Assembly (NCBI GenBank): GCA_043228905.1
Contig: JBHGNT010000020.1
Coordinates: 1,178,001 to 1,242,000 of the forward strand
DNA: 64,000 bases
DNA from: Azolla caroliniana
Lineage: Eukaryota; Plantae; Polypodiophyta
Direction: 5' to 3'
Below the pieces are notes generated by a model, which was not told the DNA's origin, made no database searches, and was given only the letters and a program-made list of their open reading frames with translations. The number at the start of each line of letters is the position of its first letter. The first letter of the stretch is position 1. Positions 1 to 10,418 of the stretch are shown in pieces. The position numbers were made by a program, and so were the translations under genes.

Positions 1-871
1 CTTGCTTCACCTTCAAAAGGAATTCAAACTGCCCACCATCCTCATACCTTTTCAATGTAGATGTATGCATTTGAGATAATATGGTTCTTGTTCAACATGT
101 AGAGTCAAAAGAGGTAGGGGTGAGTGTGTATCCTTCTTCACACCAATTGTGCTTGTAACATCTCAACAGTGTGTGATAAGAACTATCAATGGTGAAGGTA
201 GGGCACAACACAGATAGTTGGAATATGAGGGCATAGATGGGTCTGCATAATATAGTTCTTGTTGGACATGTTGACTAAAGGTTTTGCTAGTTCATGTGTG
301 AGATAGATGAGATAGATGTATGCATTTGAGAAAGTAAGATGATTTCCATTCAATTATATTACAACATAGCATGAACGTAGCACTTGAATTAATTCTTACA
401 AATGCATAGACGTAATAATATGAGAAAGTAAGATGATTTCCATTAAATTGTATTGCACCATATAATGCACGTAACACTTGGATTCCACCATCTCCTTCGA
501 TGCTCGATGTGCAGGTCCAATAGACAACATAAGTGCCTGATGCGACCGCTCTAGCCATGAACATCAATGAAGAGAGATTACGACAGACACTCGTGACGCG
601 GAACCAAAAAACCAAGCTCACGAAGAGCATGCACAAACCAAGCTAGACAAAGCTCCCATGCATAGAGCTCACGACATGACTACACAAAAGAAGCTTGAGA
701 AAGGTAGGCCACAAACTGAACGGATGACGATGACACCCAAGAAACACCTACATCTTTCGTTAACATTACCTACATTTGGAATCCTACTTTGGAAATAAAA
801 AACTAAAAATAGAAACGGAAATGCAAGGTGATGGCCGCTGTTGAGGAACTAAAAGGGATATAGAAACTCAC

Positions 872-957
872 ATTTTTGCTGTGATTTAGCCTCGCTGCAC
901 GTCCTTTCTGACCGAGTGATGCATTGTGACCTCTTCGAACTCCACTTGCAGTAGAAG
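872..957 (-). CDS. TSR1: TSR1 coding exon 2 (gene continues beyond the left edge)
   Basis: TGCAG acceptor ending at 958 and GTGAGT donor at 871. Phase fits exon 1 (88+86 nt = 58 codons). KGRAARLNHSK resembles TSR1 KGAxAARxQRxK. Confidence 0.75.
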
Positions 958-1431
958 CTGCAGTAAACAGCAAAATGTTAATAGGATCCATTAAAAGTGA
1001 AGCAATTACAATGGAATTGGCCAAAAGAAAAAACAATAATTATTGGCAAGGTATAGTGACATCTTCTAGTTCCTCTTGCGACAACAAGTGCTAGAGGCAG
1101 ACAGAAATAAGCAGAAAAAATGGAAATCTAAAAGAGAGAGCTTTCAACAGGAGGGAATGAAAGCAATTTAACTTTAAGATGATTGATTAAAATGAAAATA
1201 ATTTCAACAAGATCAATAAAAAACCAATATTACTTCAGAAGGAGGGATAACATAATTCTCGATAGGATCAATTGAGGAAAATAATAATTGTAGAAACAAA
1301 ACCAAAATTTTAATGCAGAGTTTCAAGGAATGGGACAGAACTTCTGCGATAGAATTAAATAAAACTAAATGAAAAAAATGGGAACAGATACATTACAATG
1401 AAATATTTAAAAAAACAAAAGAGCAAAATAC

Positions 1432-1519
1432 ATGTGTTCTCCTTGTGTATATTTCTCGAGGATTTGGAGGAGAAGCGCGTCTTGTGAGCCTTGTTCTTCT
1501 GCGTTCGCGAGCTCGCCAT
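1432..1519 (-). CDS. TSR1: Pre-rRNA-processing protein TSR1, coding exon 1
   Basis: ATG at 1519; MASSRTQKNKAHKTRFSSKSSRNIHK matches the plant TSR1 N-terminus (NKAHKTRFSSKSSRNLH). GT donor at 1431, phase 1. Confidence 0.85.
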
Positions 1520-1526
1520 GACTGCT

Positions 1527-1531
<5 letters not shown>

Positions 1532-1560
<29 letters not shown>
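1532..1560. repeat. (GA/CT)n microsatellite in the TSR1 5' leader
   Basis: Run of GA dinucleotides just upstream of the ATG. Confidence 0.9.
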
Positions 1561-1565
<5 letters not shown>

Positions 1566-1586
1566 TGAAGAAATGGTTTGTCAGGA

Positions 1587-1595
1587 TTAGGGTTT
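1587..1595 (-). promoter_or_regulatory. Telo-box AAACCCTAA upstream of TSR1
   Basis: TTAGGGTTT on +, about 70 nt upstream of the ATG. Telo-boxes are typical of plant ribosome-biogenesis genes. Confidence 0.6.
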
Positions 1596-1606
1596 TTGCA
1601 AAACAT

Positions 1607-1902
1607 ATATATTATATATATCATAGCATGAACAATACGTACCATACGTGCATTCGCGTTCGCGAATGTTCCAATCATTCGAGTGAGATAAACACCCTCA
1701 ACGTATGGTAAATATCATACATTTGTATTAATTATTTATTATAAGGTAACTTTTTTTTAAGGTAAGAAAGTTAAAGATAAAAAGTGTAAAAAAAGAAACA
1801 TTGGAATGTTTTGATCACATACGCATTCGTTGGAATTCGTATGAAAAAGAATGTTTGATAATGCATTCGAGGATATTACGTACTATGATATATATAATAT
1901 AT
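1607..1902. mobile_element. MITE-like foldback element
   Basis: Perfect 20-bp inverted repeat ATATATTATATATATCATAG at 1607-1626 and 1883-1902. AT-rich, non-coding; TSD unclear. Confidence 0.45.
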
Positions 1903-2465
1903 TTATATACATATGTATATTTTTTAGGCCTTTTACATTAACTAAATTAATTAACTATGGGAGGAATCTCATTAAGTTGTAATTAATTATTAGTTAAAAC
2001 ACCAAGTCATTTGAAACAGGTAATATGTCGCGTTTTAAGAACTCTTCGTCAAAAAAAGGCATAAAATAGATCATAAAATAAAAAGGGGTGCCGCATGCGT
2101 AGAGCTTTTTTAAAAACGACCCAAAATATATTGATTTTTAGCATGTCCAAAATTTAGGGCTTCCAAATATAGCCTAAATAATTGACATGCGAAAGTTACA
2201 AAAGAATGTACAAATTTTACAAAAGGACTACCTCCTATATTTATACATGTTTGAGAATTAGCATCGTGATGTAAAATACAATTTTTACAAATCATGTATT
2301 AGAACTATCACTTCCAAAAGCAATGCCTTCCCCATCAGACCCATCCAATGAACTAGGAGAGCTTTGTGAGGTCTCGTCCTCATCATCACTAGCAACTAAT
2401 GGATTGTCTTCATCCAGTTGCAATCCAACGTCACCATGATTATGACACATACTCCTTGTTTGTCT

Positions 2466-4735
2466 CTATGTTGCATCGGGAGGCACATCTGGGATCTTCT
2501 CTATTATTATTTTGATTGTGATCTGTCTTAGATGGCCTATTTTTGTCAAGGTGAAGTCATACACTAGTATGTCTACATTATCAAGTGTCAGAATAGTCGT
2601 GCTCGGTAGATTCTTTCTTTTCCGCTTTCTACTTGTGCCTCCAACATCCTTAACCATCTCTAAAGAGTACTTCCCATTAAATGCATCCGGGTAAGAGGTA
2701 TGATACCAATGAACCACAATGGAGATAACTTAATTGCCTTCTTCATCCTTAATAATTTCGGTGATTTTACCAATCCAAAAGGGATGCCCCAACTCATCAC
2801 CCCCAAATAATGTTGCAACCAACATACCAACTTGTAACTCATGCAGATTCCCCTGCCATCTCGCCTTTGCAACACGTGATTTTCTTGGTCCCACATAAAT
2901 ATCTCTCTATAGTGAATGAACTAGATTATTCATGTCAAGATTACCTCGTGATTGCACATTAGTTGTGGTCACCATTCATCTGCCACCAATATTCCATTTG
3001 AGTAGATTTTGGAGTGGCCAGTAACTGGCAAAGTGGTTAAGTAAAATTGTATGTTGATGGTTAAAGAAGTTACCCCACCATTCAACATCCTGATCACCAG
3101 CATACTTCTTGGTGTGCTCAATATTTTTTTGTTTTTTTTTTAAGGCACCGCATCCAATGTATCTTTTTCTCTTCAATCGAACTACCTAGAGGCAATATGG
3201 TTGTCATACGGCATTTGTTATGCACCATGGATTACCACATCTGGAAAACACAATAAGAGCCTACATCCCTCTTGTGGCGCCCATTGTGAACTAGATGAGT
3301 ATTGTTTGGCATACAACAACATCTGGTTGTGGTTCATAAAACTTCTTTTTATGAGAAAGACGTGGTTAAAACTTATGTTATTCAGCAGGGCAAGAACCCT
3401 ACATCCTCGTCCATCACCATCCACGCAAAAGCGTTTAAAATCATAAACTTCATCCAAATGTTGTACTTTAGGCTTTGGGGTATAAGCTTCAGTGATCAAC
3501 TTTGACAGAATAGGAAGCGTGAAAGCATCACATCTTGCTAATTTCTTCGAGAACCTACTAAACATTTGATCTATATGGTCATGTGTGTGACCAACTAGCA
3601 AGAAGTTGACCTTAATCCTTTTGAATATACCCTTGTCTACTAGCATGCTTAAGTAACCGAACACAGTTGAGTTTTTGTTTTCTCTTGCCGTGTTGTCTAG
3701 TTACACGTATAGTACCAATGGGAGATTTCCTTGCCAAGGCTGTAAAAATCCTTGCATGACTACTGTAAGGTTAGGGTCATTGTGGATATTAGGATATGTT
3801 AGGAACACTTGAGGGCTTATTAACTAACAATACGACAAACAACCTACTAAATGCATTTGGACAAGGCATTCATCTCCAATATCCTTCGGCAACCTTTGAA
3901 AGTGTGGCAAACAAGTATTCTTCTGATCCATGCCATCTATAATCAAGCACATGTACCTTTCCAATGATTGAAACGCTTTTTGACGGTGGTGCATCGCTTT
4001 AGTTCTTTCCAACACTCGACTTTCTCGATGTTCTTTTAATAAATTCTTATAATTCTTTATTTCTTCAAGCATTGTCCCACTCTTTGCCATGCTTTTTAAA
4101 CTTGCACATATAGAACAAACACTCATTAAGACCTTACGCCGTATGACCACATTGTTAAAATGCAACCTCCATAATCGATTGAAATGTCGATATTGTATAT
4201 AAGGTACACTTTATAATAACATGTCATCCTTATATGTTTGGTAAACCTCACGATGAGTGAAGTTACTGACAAATGTAATCTTCTAGTTGTGGGCATAACA
4301 TCACATTGCTTTGAGAAATATATCTCCATCCACCGATCGGCATGGCACCCAATCAATCAAACCCTTACATGTAGATTCTTTATTGTTGAATGGTACCCAT
4401 GAACCCTTTACTAATCGATTTTGAATTCTCTGGAGCCTCATGTTACCAATGCTATAAGAAATTTTGAAAGCAACTCGGCAACTCTTTATACTTAGTGCGA
4501 GGTAATATTCGATATGCATTGAACTTGGTCGTGCTTTTTGGTCCTCAACAAGTTGCATATGTGAAATAAAAAAGGTATCTTGTTCGCCACCATTAAGTGA
4601 CAAATACTTTTGTCGCAACCCCCTCAAGTTTGCCTTTCCAAATTTTGAAAGACAAATATTCCCACAACATGGTTTGCTTGTATCCATCGCAATTTGACGA
4701 TCTAAACATAGAAAATTATATCTTTTGACACTCAC
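2466..4735 (-). pseudogene. Sola-like (DUF7869-type) DDD transposase, degenerate; its 5' part continues at ~10419-10720
   Basis: Motifs in order: CCGNICL..CRVAF, CSIC, IIDGMDQ, LYV*LDNTARENKN (~3670-3712), FLLVGHTHDHIDQMFS. Several stops and frameshifts. Split by an LTR element with TSD CTCAC. Confidence 0.75.
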
Positions 4736-5033
4736 TGTCATGATATGGCAAGACTCGAACCCATGACCTTAGGTTATATGGGTCGAGCTCTTGACCATTA
4801 GAACATCTATTGTAATACGTAGGATATTATTTTCATTTACATTTTATTATAGGAAATTAGTGTATATTCCAGATTTCTCTGGAACATTCTAGAAGCTTCA
4901 GGATTACTCCTGAAAACACTATAAAAGAGGGCACTAGGCATTATGTTGAATCAAATTGGTTCAACGCCAGTCTTAAGCCTTTTAGCCACCGTTGTATATT
5001 CTCTTCATATAATAAATATCTTTCTTATCATCA

Positions 5034-5067
<34 letters not shown>

Positions 5068-5171
5068 TTCTCGCTCACTTCTTCCTTCTCTCGAAGAAGT
5101 TCCACACCTCTCATAGTACTAATCCTTCGTTTAGTACTAATTCCTTCTCTGTCTCAGTACTGTTCATGACA
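4736..5171 (+). repeat. 5' LTR of element A
   Basis: TG..CA ends, TATAAAA at 4920, direct repeat of 9973-10418. Confidence 0.95.
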
Positions 5172-5244
5172 GTTTGAACCAATTTTCCTACCTTCTGTCT
5201 CTCTCATTTCCTACTAATCTTTTATTCCTCTTTTCTTTCATCCC

Positions 5245-6396
5245 ATGGCCACTGTTAGCGCTGAAGAATATCACTCTGTTTTCTCGGAATTCCAATGCTT
5301 GAAGGAGAAGTTCCATGCTTTGGAACAAGAAAACCAACGGTTGCTGGGGGATCTTCAGCAAATCTCCTTAGAAAAGCAGCAAACGCAACAACAACATGGG
5401 GAACTTGCGTTACGCGTGCAACAACTCGAAGCCACCATCGTAGCGATGCAACAACATGGGCCCGGAACACAAGGGATTCATAAAGAACCTAAGATTGGCC
5501 TTCCCACGAAGTTCGATGGAACGCGATCGCAGTTTCGAGGGTTCCTTAACCAGGTACGATTAGTTATTCAAATGCATCCTTCCCGATATCCCACCGATGC
5601 ATCACGAGTGGGTTTAGTAGGCACTTTGTTAAGTGGCTCAGCGTTGTCATGGTTCGCTCCACTATTAGAAAAGGAATCTCCATTACTCAACAATTTTGAA
5701 GAGTTTCTAGGTGAGTTTAAAGCATGTTTCGGAGATACTGACAGCATTAGGACCGCAATCAACAAAATCCGGCGATTACGCCAAGGTGACCGTCCAGCCT
5801 CCGCATACGCTGCAGATTTTCGCCTACTCGCCGCCGATATCCCTTGGGATGATCAAGCGTTGATGGAGCAATTCCGTTATGGTTTACGCAACGACGTCAA
5901 GGATTTACTCTTGACCTTCCCCGAAGAGCCAAAGTCCTTAACAGAAGCAATCAGTCGCGCGGTGAGATGTGACAACCGCCTCTTTGAGCGACGTTCGGAA
6001 CGACAGCTACAGATGCCGAGGGCAAGATCAGAGCCCACCTACGCCTCAGTGGTAGCAAGACCTTTTCCGAGGGAGTCATATAATGCGTCTCCAGCGAATA
6101 CTCCGACTCCGATGGAGATTGACACTACACGTCGTCGAGGGCCATTATCCGAAGAAGAAAAGCAGCGACGCCGTACAAATCGACTATGTCTTTACTGCGG
6201 TGGACCAGGACATATCGCAATAAATTGCCCCCATAGGCCAAGAAGACAGGTAAACCAAATAGTCGCTAGTTCTAATTGTACTAAATCCGAACCTATTTCA
6301 GTAGGGATATCTGATAGTCCTAATAGTACTAATATCCCAGATCTAGCAAACAAATTTGATGTCCTTAGTCAGTTAGAAGAAGAGTTAAACGACTAA
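5245..6396 (+). CDS. gag: Gag (coiled coil, capsid, CCHC knuckle)
   Basis: 383 aa; PTKFDG, LRQG, PMEID and CLYCGGPGHIAINC. Confidence 0.95.
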   Translation: MATVSAEEYHSVFSEFQCLKEKFHALEQENQRLLGDLQQISLEKQQTQQQHGELALRVQQLEATIVAMQQHGPGTQGIHKEPKIGLPTKFDGTRSQFRGFLNQVRLVIQMHPSRYPTDASRVGLVGTLLSGSALSWFAPLLEKESPLLNNFEEFLGEFKACFGDTDSIRTAINKIRRLRQGDRPASAYAADFRLLAADIPWDDQALMEQFRYGLRNDVKDLLLTFPEEPKSLTEAISRAVRCDNRLFERRSERQLQMPRARSEPTYASVVARPFPRESYNASPANTPTPMEIDTTRRRGPLSEEEKQRRRTNRLCLYCGGPGHIAINCPHRPRRQVNQIVASSNCTKSEPISVGISDSPNSTNIPDLANKFDVLSQLEEELND

Positions 6397-9300
6397 GTCC
6401 AGCCAAAATAGGAGCCGTTTGGTTGGACAGCCCTAGATCTGTGCAGCCCATTAGTGGTTCCATTCCCTCTAAGCAAGTTAGTGATGTGTTCGTAGCCCAA
6501 GTAATAGTTAGTACTAAAAGTACCCCTCCAGTACATGTCCTAGCACTCCTAGATTCCGGAGCTAACTCTTGCTTTATGGATAAGAAATTTGCTCAAGCTC
6601 ATAAGATATCCCTAAGAAAACTCCAGTGTCCAGCCTCTGTAGTAGTCATTGATGGACGTCCCATTGCTTCCGGAAATATCCTAGAAGAGTCAGAGCCCAT
6701 TAATATTGTCCTAGATAACTTAGTATGTGTAGTATCATTTAATATTATTAGTATCCCAGAACATCCTATAGTTTTAGGACTACCGTGGTTCGAGTTACAT
6801 AACCCTGACATAGATTGGAGAACAAGAGAAATCCGGTGTCGACAAACCCAAGGGTCAACTCAGAAGATGGCAACCATTTCGCTACGTCAGTTGCGTAAAG
6901 AAGGGCACAAGGAGGAAATGTTCCTCTTTGCAATATCAGTAAACCCCTCCAACACCACTAAAGAAGAATCCACCGTTCAACTTCCCGAGAAGTATCGCCA
7001 TTACACCGATGTGTTCGATAAAGTACAAGCCAACACACTTCCTCATCATCGACCGTACGATTGCCCCATCGATTTACAACCGGGAAAAGAGCCGCCATGG
7101 GGACCGATCTACAATTTGTCACCAACCGAGCTGGAAGTCCTTCGGGCCTATATAGAGGAGAATTTGGAAAATGGTTTCATTCGGCATTCGAAATCTCCAG
7201 CCGGTGCGCCCATTTTCTTCGTCAAGAAAAAAGATGGATCGCTTCGTCTCGTTGTAGATTACCGTGGCTTGAATAAGGTTACAATCAGGAATAGGTATGC
7301 TCTTCCCCTTATCTCAAGTCTTTTAGAACGGATCAATGGTGCCAGGTTCTTCACGAAGATCGACTTACGGGGAGCATATAACCTCGTACGGATCCGACCA
7401 GGAGACGAATGGAAGACCGCGTTTCGCACCAGATATGGGCACTTCGAGTATACTGTCATGCCGTTCGGCCTCACTAATGCGCCGGCAGTCTTCCAACACA
7501 TGGCTAATGATATATTCCGAGATCTATTGGATGATTGTTTGATCATCTATTTGGATGATCTACTGGTTTATTCAAAGACCCAAGAAGAACATGATTCTCA
7601 TGTACTATTAGTACTAAAACGACTTCGAGAACATGGTCTGTATGCAAAGCTAGAAAAATGTAGTTTCGGGTGCAACCAAGTGGAATTTCTCGGCTACATC
7701 ATTTCGTCAGAAGGCATCTCCATGGACCCAGCTAAGGTCAGAACGGTGGTAGAATGGCAGACTCCGCGTTCGGTACGGGATGTGCAATGCTTCTTAGGCT
7801 TTGCCAATTTTTACCGGAAGTTCATACAGGATTACTCAAAGATCGTTCTACCTCTCACACAACTTACCAGGAAGGGACAACCGTTCACCTGGTCTGAAGA
7901 AACGGACATGGCTTTCGAGAGTCTTAAAAAAGCATTTACATCGGCTCCAATTCTAGCTCATGTCGATCCGGAGAAACCATTCATTATCGAAGCTGACGCA
8001 TCGGATTTTGCATTGGGGAGCATTCTGTCACAACAAGGGAATGATGAAAAGCTACATCCTGTGGCTTTTCACTCACGCAAGTTTGATGCCGCCGAAATCA
8101 ACTACGAAATCCATGATAAGGAGCTATTGGCAATAGTGGATTCTTTTATGCAATGGAGGCATTTTCTGGAGGGATCCTCTCATCCAGTCACCGTATTTAG
8201 TGACCACAAGAATCTTGCCTACTTTCAGGATGCTCGTGTGTTGAATCGACGTCAAGCTCGGTGGGCCCACTTCCTCACGCGTTTCGACTTCAAAATTACA
8301 TATCGTCCGGGGAGGCACCAAGGGAAGGCAGATGCATTATCACGGCGTTCGTATCTAGCACCCCGTCCCGGCGAGCCAGCTTTCGATAACCAAAAACAAG
8401 TCATCTTGGGACCGGCACGATTACAAGCAACACAAATCTTTGACATGCCTATGGATTCCCGCGTTATCGATACCATACGTGAAGACTTGAAGACAGATGC
8501 GTTCGCCCAAGCTATACTAGCACAAATTGATCCCTCTCGAGCGTCGTGTTCACAGTCGCAACCACCAGGTACGGACTATCGGCAATTCAAATACCATGAT
8601 GGATTACTCTTCTTTAAAGAACTTTTGTATGTTCCTAATGGTTCTTGCCGCCTTCGAGTAGTACAAAACTGTCATGACACATATACAGCTGGGCATTTTG
8701 GTAGTACTAAAACATTACATTTAGTACAACGATCATTCTGGTGGCCCTGTATGCGACAATTTGTCGAGGATTTTGTTCGGACTTGTGATACATGTTGCAG
8801 AGCGAAAATGCCAAGGCATCATCCATATGGTTTATTAGAACCATTATCAATTCCAAGCAAGCCGTGGCAATCCATTGCTCTAGACTTCATCACAGATCTT
8901 CCAGTCTCTAAGGGGTTCAATGCGATTCTAACGGTGGTCGATCGATATACGAAGATGGCTCATTTCTTGCCATGTACTAAGGAGATCTCCAGTGAAGACA
9001 CTGCTGAAATTGTCATGCGTGAAGTATGTCGGCATCATGGACTCCCCGATAGTATCATCAGCGACCGTGGACCCCAGTTCGTGTCAAAATTCTGGAAGCA
9101 CCTTTTTAACATGCTCAAGGTCACTTGTAACCTCTCTTCCGGCTACCACCCACAAACTGACGGCCAAGCTGAACGAACAAATCAAACGTTGGAGCAGTAT
9201 CTGCGGTGTTTTCTCAGCTATCATCAGGACGACTGGACAGATATTCTCCACTTCGCCGAATTTGCCTATAACAACTCTATCCACGCATCCACTAAAGTTA

Positions 9301-9980
9301 CGCCATTTTATGCTTATACGGGATGTCACCCCCGGTGGAGTGTACTTGAAACCCCAGAGGTGTCCACAAATCCGTGCGCGGAGGATCGTTTGGAGCGGTT
9401 ACGCAAGATACAAGCGGATTTATCTACTCATCTCCAGCAAGCTCAACAAACACACAAGGTCTACGCGGATCGTCATCGACTTCCATCTAGTTTTAATATT
9501 GGAGATCGGGTGTGGTTGCTACGACGACACATCAAGACTACTCGCCCATGTGAGAAGTTGGATTATCGGCGATTAGGTCCTTTCCGTATTATTGGAAAGA
9601 TTAATGATGTTGCTTTTCGTCTCGATCTACCTCCTCAACTTCGGATACATCCGGTGTTTCATAGTTCTCTCTTCGAACCCTACCACGAGAGCACCATCCC
9701 AGAACGTCTTATCCAACCTCCACCCCCGATCGAGCTTGAAGATGGGCCGGAGTACGAGGTTGCCGCCATTCTTGATTCCAAGATTGTTCGCAACAAGCTC
9801 TACTATCTAGTCGATTGGCTAGGCTATAGTCCCAACGAACGTACTTGGGAACCGATCGAGAATGTAACCAATGCTCGTGCTCTTCTTGAAGACTTCCATC
9901 GTCAATATCCACACAAACCGAGTCCTCAATCCAAGACGACTCGTGACACTCGTCGTTTTAAAGGGGGGATAGTGTCATGA
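6384..9980 (+). CDS. pol: Pol (PR-RT-RH-IN-chromodomain), probably made by -1 frameshift
   Basis: LLDSGA, YLDD, DAS..ALG, HHCC, DDE integrase and C-terminal chromodomain EYEVAAILDS..YYLVDWLGY..TWEP. Lies in the -1 frame relative to gag and is open back through GTTAAAC at 6384. Confidence 0.95.
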   Translation, partial: VKRLSPAKIGAVWLDSPRSVQPISGSIPSKQVSDVFVAQVIVSTKSTPPVHVLALLDSGANSCFMDKKFAQAHKISLRKLQCPASVVVIDGRPIASGNILEESEPINIVLDNLVCVVSFNIISIPEHPIVLGLPWFELHNPDIDWRTREIRCRQTQGSTQKMATISLRQLRKEGHKEEMFLFAISVNPSNTTKEESTVQLPEKYRHYTDVFDKVQANTLPHHRPYDCPIDLQPGKEPPWGPIYNLSPTELEVLRAYIEENLENGFIRHSKSPAGAPIFFVKKKDGSLRLVVDYRGLNKVTIRNRYALPLISSLLERINGARFFTKIDLRGAYNLVRIRPGDEWKTAFRTRYGHFEYTVMPFGLTNAPAVFQHMANDIFRDLLDDCLIIYLDDLLVYSKTQEEHDSHVLLVLKRLREHGLYAKLEKCSFGCNQVEFLGYIISSEGISMDPAKVRTVVEWQTPRSVRDVQCFLGFANFYRKFIQDYSKIVLPLTQLTRKGQPFTWSEETDMAFESLKKAFTSAPILAHVDPEKPFIIEADASDFALGSILSQQGNDEKLHPVAFHSRKFDAAEINYEIHDKELLAIVDSFMQWRHFLEGSSHPVTVFSDHKNLAYFQDARVLNRRQARWAHFLTRFDFKITYRPGRHQGKADALSRRSYLAPRPGEPAFDNQKQVILGPARLQATQIFDMPMDSRVIDTIREDLKTDAFAQAILAQIDPSRASCSQSQPPGTDYRQFKYHDGLLFFKELLYVPNGSCRLRVVQNCHDTYTAGHFGSTKTLHLVQRSFWWPCMRQFVEDFVRTCDTCCRAKMPRHHPYGLLEPLSIPSKPWQSIALDFITDLPVSKGFNAILTVVDRYTKMAHFLPCTKEISSEDTAEIVMREVCRHHGLPDSIISDRGPQFVSKFWKHLFNMLKVTCNLSSGYHPQTDGQAERTNQTLEQYLRCFLSYHQDDWTDILHFAEFAYNNSIHASTKVTPFYAYTGCHPRWSVLETPEVSTNPCAEDRLERLRKIQADLSTHLQQAQQTHKVYADRHRLPSSFNIGDRVWLLRRHIKTTRPCEKLDYRRLGPFRIIGKINDVAFRLDLPPQLRIHPVFHSSLFEPYHESTIPERLIQPPPPIELEDGPEYEVAAILDSKIVRNKLYYLVDWLGYSPNERTWEPIENVTNARALLEDFHRQYPHKPSPQSKTTRDTRRFKGGIVS

Positions 9981-10267
9981 TATGGCAAGACTCGAACCCA
10001 TGACCTTAGGTTATATGGGTCGAGCTCTTGACCATTAGAACATCTATTGTAATACGTAGGATATTATTTTCATTTACATTTTATTATAGGAAATTAGTGT
10101 ATATTCCAGATTTCTCTGGAACATTCTAGAAGCTTCAGGATTACTCCTGAAAACACTATAAAAGAGGGCACTAGGCATTATGTTGAATCAAATTGGTTCA
10201 ACGCCAGTCTTAAGCCTTTTAGCCACCGTTGTATATTCTCTTCATATAATAAATATCTTTCTTATCA

Positions 10268-10314
<47 letters not shown>

Positions 10315-10418
10315 GTCTCGCTCACTTCTTCCTTCTCTCGAAGAAGTTCCACACCTCTCATAGTACTAATCCTTCGTTTAGTACTAATTCCTTCTCTGTC
10401 TCAGTACTGTTCATGACA
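9973..10418 (+). repeat. 3' LTR of element A
   Basis: Follows the PPT and is followed by the TSD. Confidence 0.95.

Larger units (their letters stand above)
4736..10418 (+). mobile_element. Intact young Ty3/gypsy chromovirus, Tcn1-like (element A)
   Basis: LTRs 4736-5171 and 9973-10418 (TGTCATGA..TCATGACA) differ only in the CT microsatellite tract. TSD CTCAC at 4731-4735 and 10419-10423. PPT ~9960-9972. gag and pol both open. Confidence 0.97.

Noticed and set aside
292-636. 114-aa ORF
   Set aside because: No recognisable motif; lies in the presumed TSR1 intron 2.
1355-1678. 107-aa ORF as listed in the track
   Set aside because: Only 1432-1519 is coding (TSR1 exon 1); the rest is leader microsatellite and intron.
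1900-2460. Left TIR of the Sola-like element
   Set aside because: No matching inverted partner was found near 13500; the right end appears lost.
4746-4805. Functional tRNA gene inside the LTR
   Set aside because: Acceptor and anticodon stems do not pair; only the boxes and their spacing are tRNA-like.
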